The notes below the pieces were generated by a model. It ran no database searches. It worked only from the letters and a program-made list of their open reading frames with translations, and was not told the origin of the DNA. This document shows positions 53,144-64,000 of a DNA stretch of 64,000 nucleotides, one piece after another. Position 1 is the first letter of the stretch. Each line of letters starts with the position of its first letter. This DNA comes from Paraspadella gotoi (lineage: Eukaryota > Animalia > Chaetognatha): contig CM119264.1 in the NCBI GenBank assembly GCA_051294375.1, positions 6,201,110-6,265,109 of the forward strand, written 5' to 3'. Made by a program: the position numbers and the translations under genes.

Positions 53144-53797
53144 GTAAGGGAGAGGTTGGTTCGAAGTGATTTGGGAATGGCCAACGAAAAACTTCGTATA
53201 ATAAGCTACGATTTCAGATTTTTAAGTATTGTATGCTATCTATGTACTAAGAGAGGATGTAATCTTGTTAGGATCTTGAGCGTACATTATGGCAACGGGA
53301 GGAATGCCTGTGATACCAGGGGGGTTATATCATCAACTGGCGTAGGGGCTGCGGACCCTCAGTGACCGCCTCCTCTCACATTTGCGTCACATTTAAGCCA
53401 GAACCGGGATACCAAGGGAATGAACCCGGGACGCACGGTTGTAACGAGATGATATAGCCTGCTCAGACTGTGAGACGAGGTTGAGGGCAGAGAGCAGTGA
53501 GGCCGCTTTAAGTCTTGCTGCCACAAAATGCACATTGCACCATTGCGGAATGACATTTACTTTCAAAATTTAATTATAGATATTAGACTTACATTTGGTT
53601 AAAATTCGGAACGACATCCCAAGATCGAGAATAGGGTCTAGACTCTGAAGATTAATATAACGTTGCCTATTATTACTACACGGCGACTCTATGAATAAAC
53701 TATAGCCACGAATAAATATAACTAAGAATAAATTATAGCGTGGACGAATAGACTGTAGAATGTAGATTAAGTGTGGCGCTCTTTTATTCCCCATCAG

Positions 53798-53894
53798 GCC
53801 GGAACGACGAATCCCGTCGTCAAACTTTGGGTCTGGAGCGTGAAGACGAAACGAAAAGAAGAAATCAGACCGCCTGAGGAATTCAAAGCCAAAG
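53798..53894 (+). CDS. DPP10: DPP6/DPP10-like exon
   Basis: ccatcag|; AGTTNPVVKLWVWSVKTKRKEEIRPPEEFKAK; g|gttgag. Completes the YPK-AG..NP motif. Confidence 0.92.
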
Positions 53895-53963
53895 GTTGAG
53901 AGAGAGAGAGAAATAAAAAGAAAGACAGAAAGACAGACAAACAGACAGACATTTTTTTCGCAG

Positions 53964-54085
53964 AATATTACGTGACGTCCGTGTCTTGGCGTGACGTCAC
54001 AACTCTCGTCGTCGTCTGGACGAATCGTGCCCAGAATCTCTCACTCATCACCTTCTGCGGGGTTGACGGCGGCGAGTGCCTCGTG
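53964..54085 (+). CDS. DPP10: DPP6/DPP10-like exon
   Basis: tttcgcag|; (E)YYVTSVSWRDVTTLVVVWTNRAQNLSLITFCGVDGGECLV; |gtgagg. W.NRAQN.S....C.....C is typical of DPP6/DPP10. Confidence 0.93.
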
Positions 54086-54728
54086 GTGAGGATTGATCCA
54101 TTCATCAATTGATAGATTGATTAATGATCATGGGTCTTTAGTTAAACTCGTGTGAAAAAAAGCGCCACTTTACTACTTTAATTTAAAAAAAAAAAGAATC
54201 AATTTGTTTAAATTTTATTACAAACTTGAGCGTTCCAAAACCAAATGAGAAAATCGAGAAAAAGCTTCAGAATCATGTTTTAATAACCTTAAAATTATTA
54301 TTTATTGATATGGGGTAATCCAGTTATCCAGCTATCCCTCCGGATGTCCAATATAATTTTTTTTTTCATTTTTATTGTGTAATCCTTTCTTTTCGTTGTG
54401 TTATAGAGATTTGCAAATAATTTTATTCGGGTTTGTTTACAACGATTTTTATTTTAAATTGCGTTCATGTTTCGACTCTGAACATGTTGTTGCCATTTTT
54501 TTAAAAGTTAAAAATTATATTATTAATTCTTATTTGTACATATGTTTTTCGCGGCAAAGTCTGTAACACTCAAATGTTTTCGCTAACCATTTTTCTCCCT
54601 TCCCTTTTTTGCTTCTTTCTTTTTCTTACCTTATCTTTTATCAGTTATCAATATTCACCCTTTCACCTCTCTTTACAACTCTTTCCAACCTATTTTCACT
54701 TTCCCTCATTATCTCCTAATTCCTACAG

Positions 54729-54773
54729 AGTCTTCGCGAATCTCGAAAAGGAAGAGGAGGTTGGGTCGATTTG
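54729..54773 (+). CDS. DPP10: DPP6/DPP10-like short exon
   Basis: cctacag|; SLRESRKGRGGWVDL; |gtaagt. Phase 0/0; E....GWV motif. Confidence 0.82.
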
Positions 54774-55144
54774 GTAAGTTTAATCCTCATTGAAAAGAGA
54801 AATTCTAATAATGAAAATATAAATTAGGTATTATTTAAGATTTTCATATTACCACGATTTCGCCAATTCTGTCGGTCGTTTGAGATTCGGCTCAGAAAAC
54901 CACGATTCCTTTCAAAAAAAAAAAAAAAAAAAAAAACGATAAAAAGTTCTAGATTTCAGGTTTCTTTTTCTTTTTTTTTTTTTTTAAATTCGTATCCCGC
55001 GAGGATGTTTTTTTAGCCCAACGGGTACTATGAATATGTAAATCAAGTCTCCGTCTTTTTTGTCGCCCCCTTTCCATTCTACCAACGCAATCGTTACTGG
55101 TTACTCATTCCCGCCTTAATTTCCCTACCCCTTCCCGCCCGCAG

Positions 55145-55255
55145 TACTCCGCCCCCACCTTTGACGCTTCCGGCCGGCGCTACTTTGTGATTCTTCCGGA
55201 ACGCGACGGCGCCGCCGGATATTTCCGGCACGTCGCCATGGTTACCGCCGTCGGG
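55145..55255 (+). CDS. DPP10: DPP6/DPP10-like exon
   Basis: cccgcag|; YSAPTFDASGRRYFVILPERDGAAGYFRHVAMVTAVG; |gtgaga. P.F..DG..F...P...G..G.F.H motif. Confidence 0.9.
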
Positions 55256-57485
55256 GTGAGAATCGGCATTGAACAATATTTTATTTGTATTCTTAATCAG
55301 AGAAAGTGGTTGTTTTAGATTTCGTTGCTATTAATGTCCTGGGAGGGTTTTTAGCCACTTAAACACGATTAATAGTCTTGAGAAAATAAGGTTCTATTCT
55401 TAACAAGATTCCAGTTTATCTTGTTGATGGTGAAGCGATTTTTCCACTCGATTGAAGCAATAAACTAAAGATGTGAAAAACGTAAAATTCTACATTCGTA
55501 CCATAAACCTATTCTATGAATGTCGAAACCCTTTGGCCGAAGCGAATTTTACAGGGAAAGGCGTTTCCATAGCGATAATCAAAGGGCCATCCACCTCAAA
55601 CTCTTTTCAGTTTATGTCGTCCGTATGTAATTACATAGTTCTTGTTCACATCATATTGTGCTGTCTACCGTGAATATCAAAACCGGGTTTGCTCACTAAT
55701 CCGACCTGAGGCGAGATATGAATACAATCAACAACAAACAATAAACAACAATAAAAACGCAAGAACCGCGACCAACAGACTCGAATCCTCCAAGCGAAAG
55801 AAAAAAAAGAAAAAAAGAGTGAAAATGGAAATATATTTACCGTGAATTGTAATCAAATAACTGAGGGAGAAAAAAAAAGGAATTTAATGAATAAACATGA
55901 TGCGAGAGCGCGAAAGGAAAAAGAGATGAAAAACTGATGATAACCATTCGAAAGAAAAAAAAAAAAATATGAAGCAAAAATGAAATGGAACGGAGAGAGA
56001 TGAAATAGGGAGATAGAAAAAACGGGAAAAAAGGGATGCGATGAGAGAGATAACTAAGAGAAGAACGGTTTGTAGTCGGGCATTGCAATATGATCTCCCC
56101 GCCTATAAGCATATTACCTTCAGTCTTAACCAGGTGCGGAGTAATTACCGTCTGGCTCATGACCATTAGGTCGGGATCGCTCCCCAATGATACGTACCTG
56201 CGGGAACCGTGGACTAAGGCGTAGTGAAAGTTACATACGAAAATTCTAAAAGTCAATTATGACAACATACCATCAGTGAACATAATTTGTAAAAAAAATT
56301 CATTTTATGTTTTTAATTTTCGCAGTAGGCTATATTATATATAGTACTATCCTTATAAAATAAAATTTTTCAAAAAGGCTTTCTTAATTTGATGCAGATT
56401 TGATTCCTCGTCAAAGTAATAAAAGAAAATATAAATCATTTTTAAAAATTCTTTCATTAAGTAGGTTAAAATTAAAAAAAAAACTATATTTAATATATAA
56501 AAAATTAATTTTCAGCTTAAAATATAGCTTTTTTTAATTTTGACCCACTTAATGGAAGGAATTTTTCAAAAAGAATTATATTTCTTTTTATCAACTTTTT
56601 ATGACGAATCCAAATCTGCCAAAAAATTAAGAAAAAAACTGTTTTATTTTAAACATTTATTGGTTAGTACTAGTATAAATATGGCCTACTGCGTAAAAAT
56701 TGTAAAATTTATTATACATTTTTTATTATATAAATGTTTATTAGTATAATGTTGTTCGTTCCTCACTTTTAGAATTTGAATTAAAGTTAAATTTAGAAAT
56801 TTTACTACGCCTTAGTGAGGACGGCCGTCAATCGCCTTGGTTTCAATTCCAACAACCATTCCATGGCAGATGAGGGGGAACAGAATATAAGGATGTTAGT
56901 CAATAGTCATCTGCCCATACATATTGATAAATTACGAATTATGATGCAAAAGAAACTGGAGTAAGAAGCTTAAGATGCATTTTTATATATAATGTGTTTC
57001 GCCAGGAGCCTCATAGAATTAGTAATTCTAATTCTAATACTCTATATCTTCGAAATATCATTGTCAAGGCTTTTCCGTTAGCCATACGAAATTTTTTTTT
57101 ATCATCCGGATTTTTATTTTTCACGTTTTCATACTTTATTCTTTTATCCTCTTTGCAAATCTAAAATCGAGGGTCTTTCTTCCCGCGGGACTTATTCTGA
57201 CTCTTGGGGGTAAAAGCGAAATATCAGAAAACCCACTGGGATAATTATGTGGAGCCTCCCCTAAAGGTTAATCGAGAAATAATTGAGAAATAACGCAAAT
57301 CTTAAAGTTTTAACGCAAAAACGTGTTTTTCATCTTCATCTTCATCTTCCGGTTCTGGCCAATGTCAAATCTACAAAATTGAAAGAAAGTTATAATTTCT
57401 ACATAGAAATAAAGTGACAAAATTGTAATAACATTTTTTTTTTTGAAAACCGTACTTGTCCTTAGGACTTGAATTTATTTGATAC

Positions 57486-57728
57486 TGTGCGGTATATTCA
57501 CACCGCCTCACGTCCTCCATCCGTCAGCAATCCATTGGCTCAGAGGGGGAACACACCATCCCAGGCGTAGTGTTCCATCCACAGTCCTTAACGACTTTCC
57601 CTCTGCGTTGGCAAATTAGGGGTAACCGCGCCAGTGACTGGAGGCGTCACTGAGGGTCGGAAGCCCCCAAAGCCAACAGTGAGATGCCCCATCCAATGGG
57701 CATCACAGGCAACCCGGCTGTTGCCATA
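57486..57728 (+). mobile_element. Solo-LTR-like element, 4-bp TSD ATAC
   Basis: TGTGCGGTATATTCACACC...GTTGCCATA flanked by ATAC/ATAC; same family as 50736. Confidence 0.72.
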
Positions 57729-57807
57729 ATACAACTATTTAATATCGGCCAACAAAAGATTTGAAACTATAAACCGGAAAGTAATTGAAAAATCAAATGT
57801 ATTTACA

Positions 57808-58800
57808 GATCGAATTTGGATGAATGTAATTAGGAAGCTTGGTCCAATTTCCGTCAAGAATCCCCCGATACAGACCGACTCGTCGCGCGTTTGTCTTTCG
57901 TCCACTACGATCCGCGCATGATCCAGAAGCCCTCGCCGTCGCGATAGAAGTCAAGAAGAAGAACCTGGACTTCTTTGCATAATTCGAATCCTTCGGACGT
58001 TTGAAAAACGAAAACTCTTTCGAGACCGGAAGTCGTTTTGCCGCCGACGAGAGGAGCTGAGTAAGCGGAGAATGGAGAGATATTGTGGTGCGAATGAATT
58101 GCCGGCGGGAAGGCCGAATTTAAGAGAAGACCAACTCTGACTTTTCATGTTCAAAACGTGGAAATCGTTTTAAATAGGTTCCGTTGCATCCACCACCGTG
58201 GATGTAGACATTCTCCTTCAATCGAAAGGGCGAAGGAGGCGCGAGGGGAAGGCGATCGACCGTTTGTAGGGAAACGAGAGAACAATTGATCTCCGGATCG
58301 AATTGATCAACTGATTATTGTAAAACATTCCGGGATTAACTTATCCTCCACACAAAATCGGCGTTTCTAACTTGGGCCGCATCCGCCCAAAAAAAGAGTT
58401 TCCCTTCAGTAACTCCATCCTCCGTGACCGAATCTTTCAGTTGGGACTTCGCCGACTGGATTAAGGCGCTTGAACTGCCCACAAGAGAGAGAGAGAAAAG
58501 ATCTCGTTCGTTGGCTCCAATTACCCCTTTCGCGCCGCCAAACAAGTAAATAAGTTTTCTGAAGCAGACAAAGCGGTACTGAAGTTTTGTGGTGGAACGT
58601 CGCCTTTCGCTTTAATTCGTTGCCAACGAAGATCGAGAGAATCGACTTCGGCGATGAAGACGATGTTGTTAGGGAGGAAATAAGCCTTGCCATGTTCAAT
58701 GTCTGAATTTCTTTGAAGTCCGCCCCAGAGTAAGATTCGCCATCGACTTCGGCGGCGACGAAAAAGACGCCGATGTAGAATCTTTCAGCCCCGCTCCACT
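57808..58800 (-). pseudogene. Intronless KLHDC1/KLHDC2-like kelch-domain gene with multiple frameshifts (pseudogene or read errors); ends approximate
   Basis: Frame-hopping translation gives WGGLQRNSDIEHGKAYFLPNNIVFIAEVDSLDLRWQRIKAKGDVPPQ, LFGGAKG, NPVGEVPTERFGHGGWSY, GKLFF, GRSPSPRASFA, NVYIHGGGCNGTY, DFHVLNMKSQSWSSL. These are successive kelch blades in KLHDC2-like order. Confidence 0.75.
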
Positions 58801-59077
58801 TGCCCTGAGGAGGCGTGACAAGTAGTTGGGGGATCTGAATACTGGAGGAGCAGAGATGAGGTGAAGAGGAGAGGAAAAGTGAGGTGATGTTGGAAGATGG
58901 GATCGTCTGTACTGGCCGTCCGGCGAATCTGGATTAATTTGGAAATACTAAATCTTAAGTCTTTAAATGAGAAGTAAACAAAATTGTTGTAAACGAAGCG
59001 AGTGTAGAAGAAGAAATTCACAAACGTGACTAAGACTGTAATGCTAGGGCTTTAACTCCGAGCCCAAAAGATTCTGG

Positions 59078-59308
59078 TGTGACGGTAATTCACACCGTCT
59101 CACATCCACCATCTTTCAAGTCAATCTCATTGGCTCAGAGGGGAAAACACACCATCCCAAGCGTGTGTTCCATCCACAGTCCTAATGACTTCCCTCTGTG
59201 TTGGCAAATCGAGACCGTCCTAGGGTAACCGCGCCAGTGGCAGGTACGCCCCTGAGGGTAGGAAGCCCTAAAGTCAACAATGGGCATCACAGGAAACCCT
59301 GGGTCATA
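59078..59308 (+). mobile_element. Diverged copy of the same solo-LTR-like family
   Basis: TGTGACGGTAATTCACACC...GTCATA; shares CATTGGCTCAGAGGGGAA and GGTAACCGCGCCAGTG blocks. Confidence 0.65.
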
Positions 59309-59534
59309 ATCCTGGACAGAATTAACCTTGGAAAGTAAGACTTGAAGTAACCGAGAGGTGAAGGTTACACTGTTACAGCTGTTACAGTGCCCCTCTGATG
59401 GTTTAGATTACGGTATTGATAAAGGAACAGGTTGCGATATTACATTACTACAGGCTGATAGTAAGCCTTATACGGATGCTAGCTTCACTGCCTCATCTCC
59501 TGCTTCATTCAGCCAATCCCTTGGTTCAGAAGTG

Positions 59535-59672
59535 TTTATGTTCCATCCACAAAAGTTCTCTTGTGTTGGCAAAGCAAACCGTCTATGGTAACTTTGCCAG
59601 TGATCGGTGCGTCACTGAAGGTCGGAAGCCCCATACCCATTGGGTATCACCTACAACCCGGCTGTTGCCATA
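59535..59672 (+). mobile_element. 3' fragment of the same family
   Basis: TGTTCCATCCAC, GCCAGTGA..GCGTCACTGA.GGTCGGAAGCCCC and AACCCGGCTGTTGCCATA are shared with the 57486 copy. Confidence 0.6.
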
Positions 59673-59785
59673 ACTGACAGAATAAATAAGTGTGACGGCG
59701 AGAGGCGAGTTAAACTGTCACTCATCGCGATCTTTCATTAGTTAATAAAAAAGTTTTTATTAATTTTTTTTTGATTATAATTTAA

Positions 59786-60871
59786 TTAAGCTTTAGCTAC
59801 CTGAAAAAAATGCTTGCCTTGCCTCCGAAATGGATAGAACATCAATTCTGCCTGCGTTTGTCCTTGGTTTCCATCCCCATTTTTGTCTACTTTTAGAACC
59901 TGCACAGTGGCAGAAAAGTCAAGGAGGCTGTGCGGCGACTGAGTCTGCTGCGGCTCTGGTTGTAGCAGTGACTGGACGGAGGCAGGAGGTGGAGGCGGCA
60001 GAGGACTTATTATGTGTTGAGGCTGTGGCGACACCAAAGGTTCTGGCTGAATTGTTGGAGACAGCAGAGTCAAGAGAGGTGATCGATCTGGCTGAAGAAG
60101 TTGAGACTGCAGCGATGGCAGAGGCTCTGGCTGAGTCGGTGAAGAGAGCAGAGTTGAGGGAGGTGATTGATGCGGCTCAAGAGGTTGAAACAAGCGTGGC
60201 AGCAGAGGCTCCTCCTGAGTTGGTGGAGACAGCAAAGTCGAGGAAGGAGGTGGATACAGCTCAAGACGTTCAGGCTGCGGTAGCTGCAGAGTCAAGGGGG
60301 GTGATTGATGCGGCTGAAGTGGTTGAGGCTTTGGCAGCAGCAGAGAATCCAGCTGAATTGTTGGAGACAGGAGAGTCAAGGGAGGTGATTGATGCAGCTC
60401 CATAGGTTGATGCAGTGGTGGCAGCAGAGGCTCCGGCTGAGTTGGTGGAGACCGCAGAGTGGAGGGAGGCGATTCATCTGGCTGAAGAGCTTCAGGCTTC
60501 GGCTGCTGCAGAGGTTCCGGCTGACTTAGTGGAGACAACAGAGTTAAGGGAGGTGATTGTTGCGGCTCAAGAAGTTGACGCTGCGGTAGCCACAGAGGCT
60601 CCGGCTGAGTTGGTGGAGACAGCAAAGTTGAGGGAAGTAATTGATGGGGCTCAAGAGGTTGAAGCAGCGGCTGCAGCACAGGCTCCAGCTGAGTCGGTAG
60701 AGACAACAGAGTTGGAGATGATTGTTGCGGACGAATAGGTTGAGGCTGCGGCAGCAGTTGAGAAGGCTTCGTCTGTAAAGGTTGTACATTTAAAGTCCAC
60801 AGTGGGGATCCAAATTGACTTATGATTGTTAGATTTTTGATTAAATTAATTTTCCTCGTGCATGGAAGCAT
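59786..60871 (-). CDS. Pro/Gln/Ser/Leu-rich ORF built on an ~84-bp (28-aa) tandem repeat; coding status uncertain
   Basis: 361-codon stop-free ORF with repeats such as PPSTLLSPPTQPEPL..P...LEP.QS. Length variants between units keep the frame. Confidence 0.35.
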   Translation of the reverse strand: MLPCTRKINLIKNLTIISQFGSPLWTLNVQPLQTKPSQLLPQPQPIRPQQSSPTLLSLPTQLEPVLQPLLQPLEPHQLLPSTLLSPPTQPEPLWLPQRQLLEPQQSPPLTLLSPLSQPEPLQQPKPEALQPDESPPSTLRSPPTQPEPLLPPLHQPMELHQSPPLTLLSPTIQLDSLLLPKPQPLQPHQSPPLTLQLPQPERLELYPPPSSTLLSPPTQEEPLLPRLFQPLEPHQSPPSTLLSSPTQPEPLPSLQSQLLQPDRSPLLTLLSPTIQPEPLVSPQPQHIISPLPPPPPASVQSLLQPEPQQTQSPHSLLDFSATVQVLKVDKNGDGNQGQTQAELMFYPFRRQGKHFFQVAKA

Positions 60872-61338
60872 TTTAATATTTTAACAATATATTAATAAAT
60901 GCTTGAAAAGATTAAAAAGTTAGATAAAGGTTTAGTACTACAATCAAAATCAAATCTGTTAAAAAAATTGAAATTTATTAAAAAAAAATTTCTTGACATT
61001 ATATAGTATTTGGATAATATAAAATAGCTTCCATGCGGTTTAACGATAAGAAAGATATATCTTAATTTTTTTTATTTTTACGATCTTTTATCAATTAACA
61101 ATATTATACCGGGACTTCTGTTAGCTTTGTAAACTGTTCCGACCTTAATGGGCAAGTTTGGAATGGGTTAAGAGATGACAATTATTTCGTATGGCGCCAG
61201 TCTTACCTCTCCCCACATACTTTCATAACTAGCCAAAGTGTAAACTATGATTTTATTCTCTGAACAATAAATCTTTTTTCCACTTGCAGTTCTTTCACTC
61301 TGCACAAACCTTGACAATTGCCCTTCCCAACCCTTCAC

Positions 61339-61516
61339 CTGTAAGATGCCTCTCCCTGGGATCTCCCCCGCCCCCGCGCTGGGGTCGGTCCCGAGGTAAA
61401 GACACTGACGGCGCCGTCGTCGTCGTCGTCGTCGTCGTCTTTCTTGACGGCGACGATTTTTGTGCACCTCCATTTAGCCCTGAGTCAAAAAACGTCTTCT
61501 CCCCTTCGCTTCGAGC
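61339..61516 (-). CDS. DPP10: Next DPP6/DPP10-like exon, inverted relative to the rest of the gene and carrying several 1-bp indels
   Basis: On the - strand: ttttctcag| gct cga agc... reconstructs to ARSEGEKTFLTQGKWEVHKIVAVKKDDDDDDDDGAVSVFYLGTDPSAGAGGDPRERHLY, then ag|gtgaag. Family motifs LT.G.WEV..I and PRERHLY; phase-0 acceptor fits the 55255 donor. Confidence 0.78.
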
Positions 61517-64000
61517 CTGAGAAAAAAATGAAAGGCGGGAAAAAGATAAGGCGCAAATGATGGTTTAAAGTCAGAGTTTTTGCGCTTTTGAATTTTATTC
61601 GTAATTACGAATACGATACTGTTATTTATGTCTTTATTCTTTACCAGTTTTATAAATTCTATGTGTAGATCCGTTTGTATATCCCGCACTCAATTTTGTT
61701 TTTAAAAGTCGAAGACCCGAAATTCACAAAAATCCAAAATATTCCCTCTTGCCTTTGATTTCGCGGGCGACGACGAAGAAACGCACGTTATTACAATAAA
61801 TTAAACTATCAAACCAAACTTAAAAAGAAAAGATTCATGGGCTTTCACTCTTGGACATATACCAGAAAGGGCTTTAGTTTTTTTGATATTATTTAATGCT
61901 ACTCTCGGCAGAAAAGAGAAAATTAAGACAACAATCATCCTCTTGCTTCATACTTCCTTTTTTTTTACACGAAGTTTTAAATGCTTCTTAATTAAAATAT
62001 TTTAAAGTGCCTTAATTTTTTGACCTTGTTTTAGACCGTCAAATGCTTTTATGTTAAAGGATTTTAAAGAGTTTAATTTTTTTAATTGTTCCCAGACAAA
62101 AAGTGTCTCATTGAGAAAAAAGCCCGTTTAATATAAACTTTTCATACATAGAATTGTTTTTTAACTATATTATCTCTCTCTCGTCTCTTTCTAAAGGGAT
62201 GTACTTAGGTATAATATTTTTCGCCTAATTAACTGAGCAACAGTGTTACTGAAATTGCTTAGGTAAAGAAATGATTTTTCTTAATTAATTATGAATCAAA
62301 ATATTTTGCTTATATTTATTTTTAAAGATAAATAAAACAACATATTTTCTTTTATTATTTTAATTTCGTTATCAACTATAATTTCAATTTGTTTATTTTA
62401 AGCCCAAAAAATACTTTTCCCAGATGGCATTGAAATATGAGTATCAGCACCAATAAAATTAACTAAAGAAGAATAATTCATGATTAATAAAAAAAAATTA
62501 ACAGATGAATAAAGAAATTAGTAATTAACAATAAGGATGCATACATTTAAAGATATTTGCAAATGTAACATATTCAGTTGTTATCTGATATGATTGACGA
62601 GATTAAAACCTCGAATCAAAGATGATGTAAAATGTCACAAGACTCAAGTCGCCCAAAAATATTTTGTATCTTTATTTAGAATGTCAAAGCTCATTAAAAA
62701 TTCTAGCAGAATATGATATGGATTACTCAATACCTCCCGAGCTGATTATATTAAAAAATCACGAGCTCGTATATGGAAAGTAAATATCTTATGGATATGA
62801 TTTTCAAATAAAAATTTTCCTATATTTTTTTTATCATTAACAAAGATTTTAACTCCAAAGTAAAAAATGACATCTTTCGAACGCTACTGAAAAATGTTTA
62901 TTTTAATTAAAAACAACTATAAGACTATAGACTATAACTATACACTATACTATACTATACTATACTATACAACTATAGACTCCAACCACTGTCACCAAAC
63001 ACCAATACCAAACACCAAACATATTTTTTAGCTTATTATTTTTATAAAATTATTTATTATTTCATTAAAAATATTTGGGGCTAAAACTAATTGAATTTCA
63101 ATGTTGAGCAAATTAAAGTTTTATATTTGATAAAAGATACTCTAAAAATTAATACAAAAAATATCCTTATTTGTAAATTTTTAAATTATATATGAAAATT
63201 TGAAAATTACTTGTTTCCACTATCTTATATTTTTATATTTTATGAATGTTTTTTACTATTTAAACTATATTATTTAATTATATATTACTTTTTAAAAATA
63301 TTAATTGCTTATTATATTTTATTATTTAATAACTCATTTTGGGAGGGGGAGGTCAGTGTTGTCTTCTGGAAATAGAGGAGGCATCTATACAAACACAAGG
63401 CTAGACTACAATAGAATACAATTAAAACTACAATATTTAATTTAATATCATTTGGCTTCAAATTATTAAAGATAACATTTCCCTTTAAATCTTAGCAAAT
63501 TAGGACCATAAGTTTATCAGTTATATCTTAGTTTTAAAGATCCTTTCCTCAATTAAAAAATTGCCTACTTTTATTCAGTTAACTACTAGGTAAACCAAAA
63601 AATTGTCTATTACCTATTTCAGAAAAAATATTTTCCTAAGTTCACCCCTTACTCTCTCTCTTATCATTTGGTATCTTTTTCTTCTTATTTATTGTAAAAA
63701 TCGCTCTTTTTCCGGCTACCTTTTATTACCAGGATTTTTTTTCTTACTTTCTCTACTATAAGCATTTTCATATTACTTTCTATAGAAATTTTGCTTTTAC
63801 TGTTTGCAACTCACCTGATCGCCAAGGCGATTTACATACATTGGCGCAGCCACTGGTTAGTCTTCTTCCTTTAAATTCATTTCCAAATCCGCATTCCATT
63901 TTTTTTTCCTCCGTAGAATACGCTCCCTGTCGCTCCAAAATATGGCCGCAGACCAAAGCCATTCCCGTTACGCGATGCTAATCCCTACACGAAGCCGCGC

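Noticed and set aside
56117-56245. Possible exon (either strand)
   Set aside because: Splice-like signals exist, but no frame resembles DPP or any family I recognise.
57486-59308. Kelch gene captured between two LTRs as one retroelement
   Set aside because: The left repeat has its own ATAC TSD on both sides and the two repeats are clearly diverged, so independent insertions are more likely.

Overview
Eukaryotic (animal-type) draft-genome window: AT-rich, dense in microsatellites, with GT-AG introns and many N gaps. The main gene is a multi-exon DPP6/DPP10-like dipeptidyl peptidase IV family (S9B) type II membrane protein. Ten + strand exons (35745-55255) splice in phase within two blocks (35745-39744 and 52968-55255), and the next exon lies on the - strand (61339-61516). 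Nested in its introns are an EamA/SLC35G-like transporter, split across an inversion, and an intronless, frameshifted KLHDC1/2-like kelch gene. Mobile DNA includes Penelope-type hammerhead ribozyme repeats, a TG..CA solo-LTR-like family with 4-bp TSDs, a Tc1/mariner MITE and Helentron/HINE-like elements. Much of the window looks like redundant, error-prone long-read gap fill: triplicated and inverted copies in 1-20.4 kb and 46-54 kb, plus six 25-N gaps. The GC-rich block at about 41970-45500 reads as normal sequence with T written as G. Decoding it recovers the adjacent satellite, a second SLC35G copy and apparently the missing DPP exons. I found no CRISPR array, rRNA or tRNA, and no well-supported novel biological system. 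The best biological leads are the hammerheads, the polymorphic TE insertions and the nested genes.
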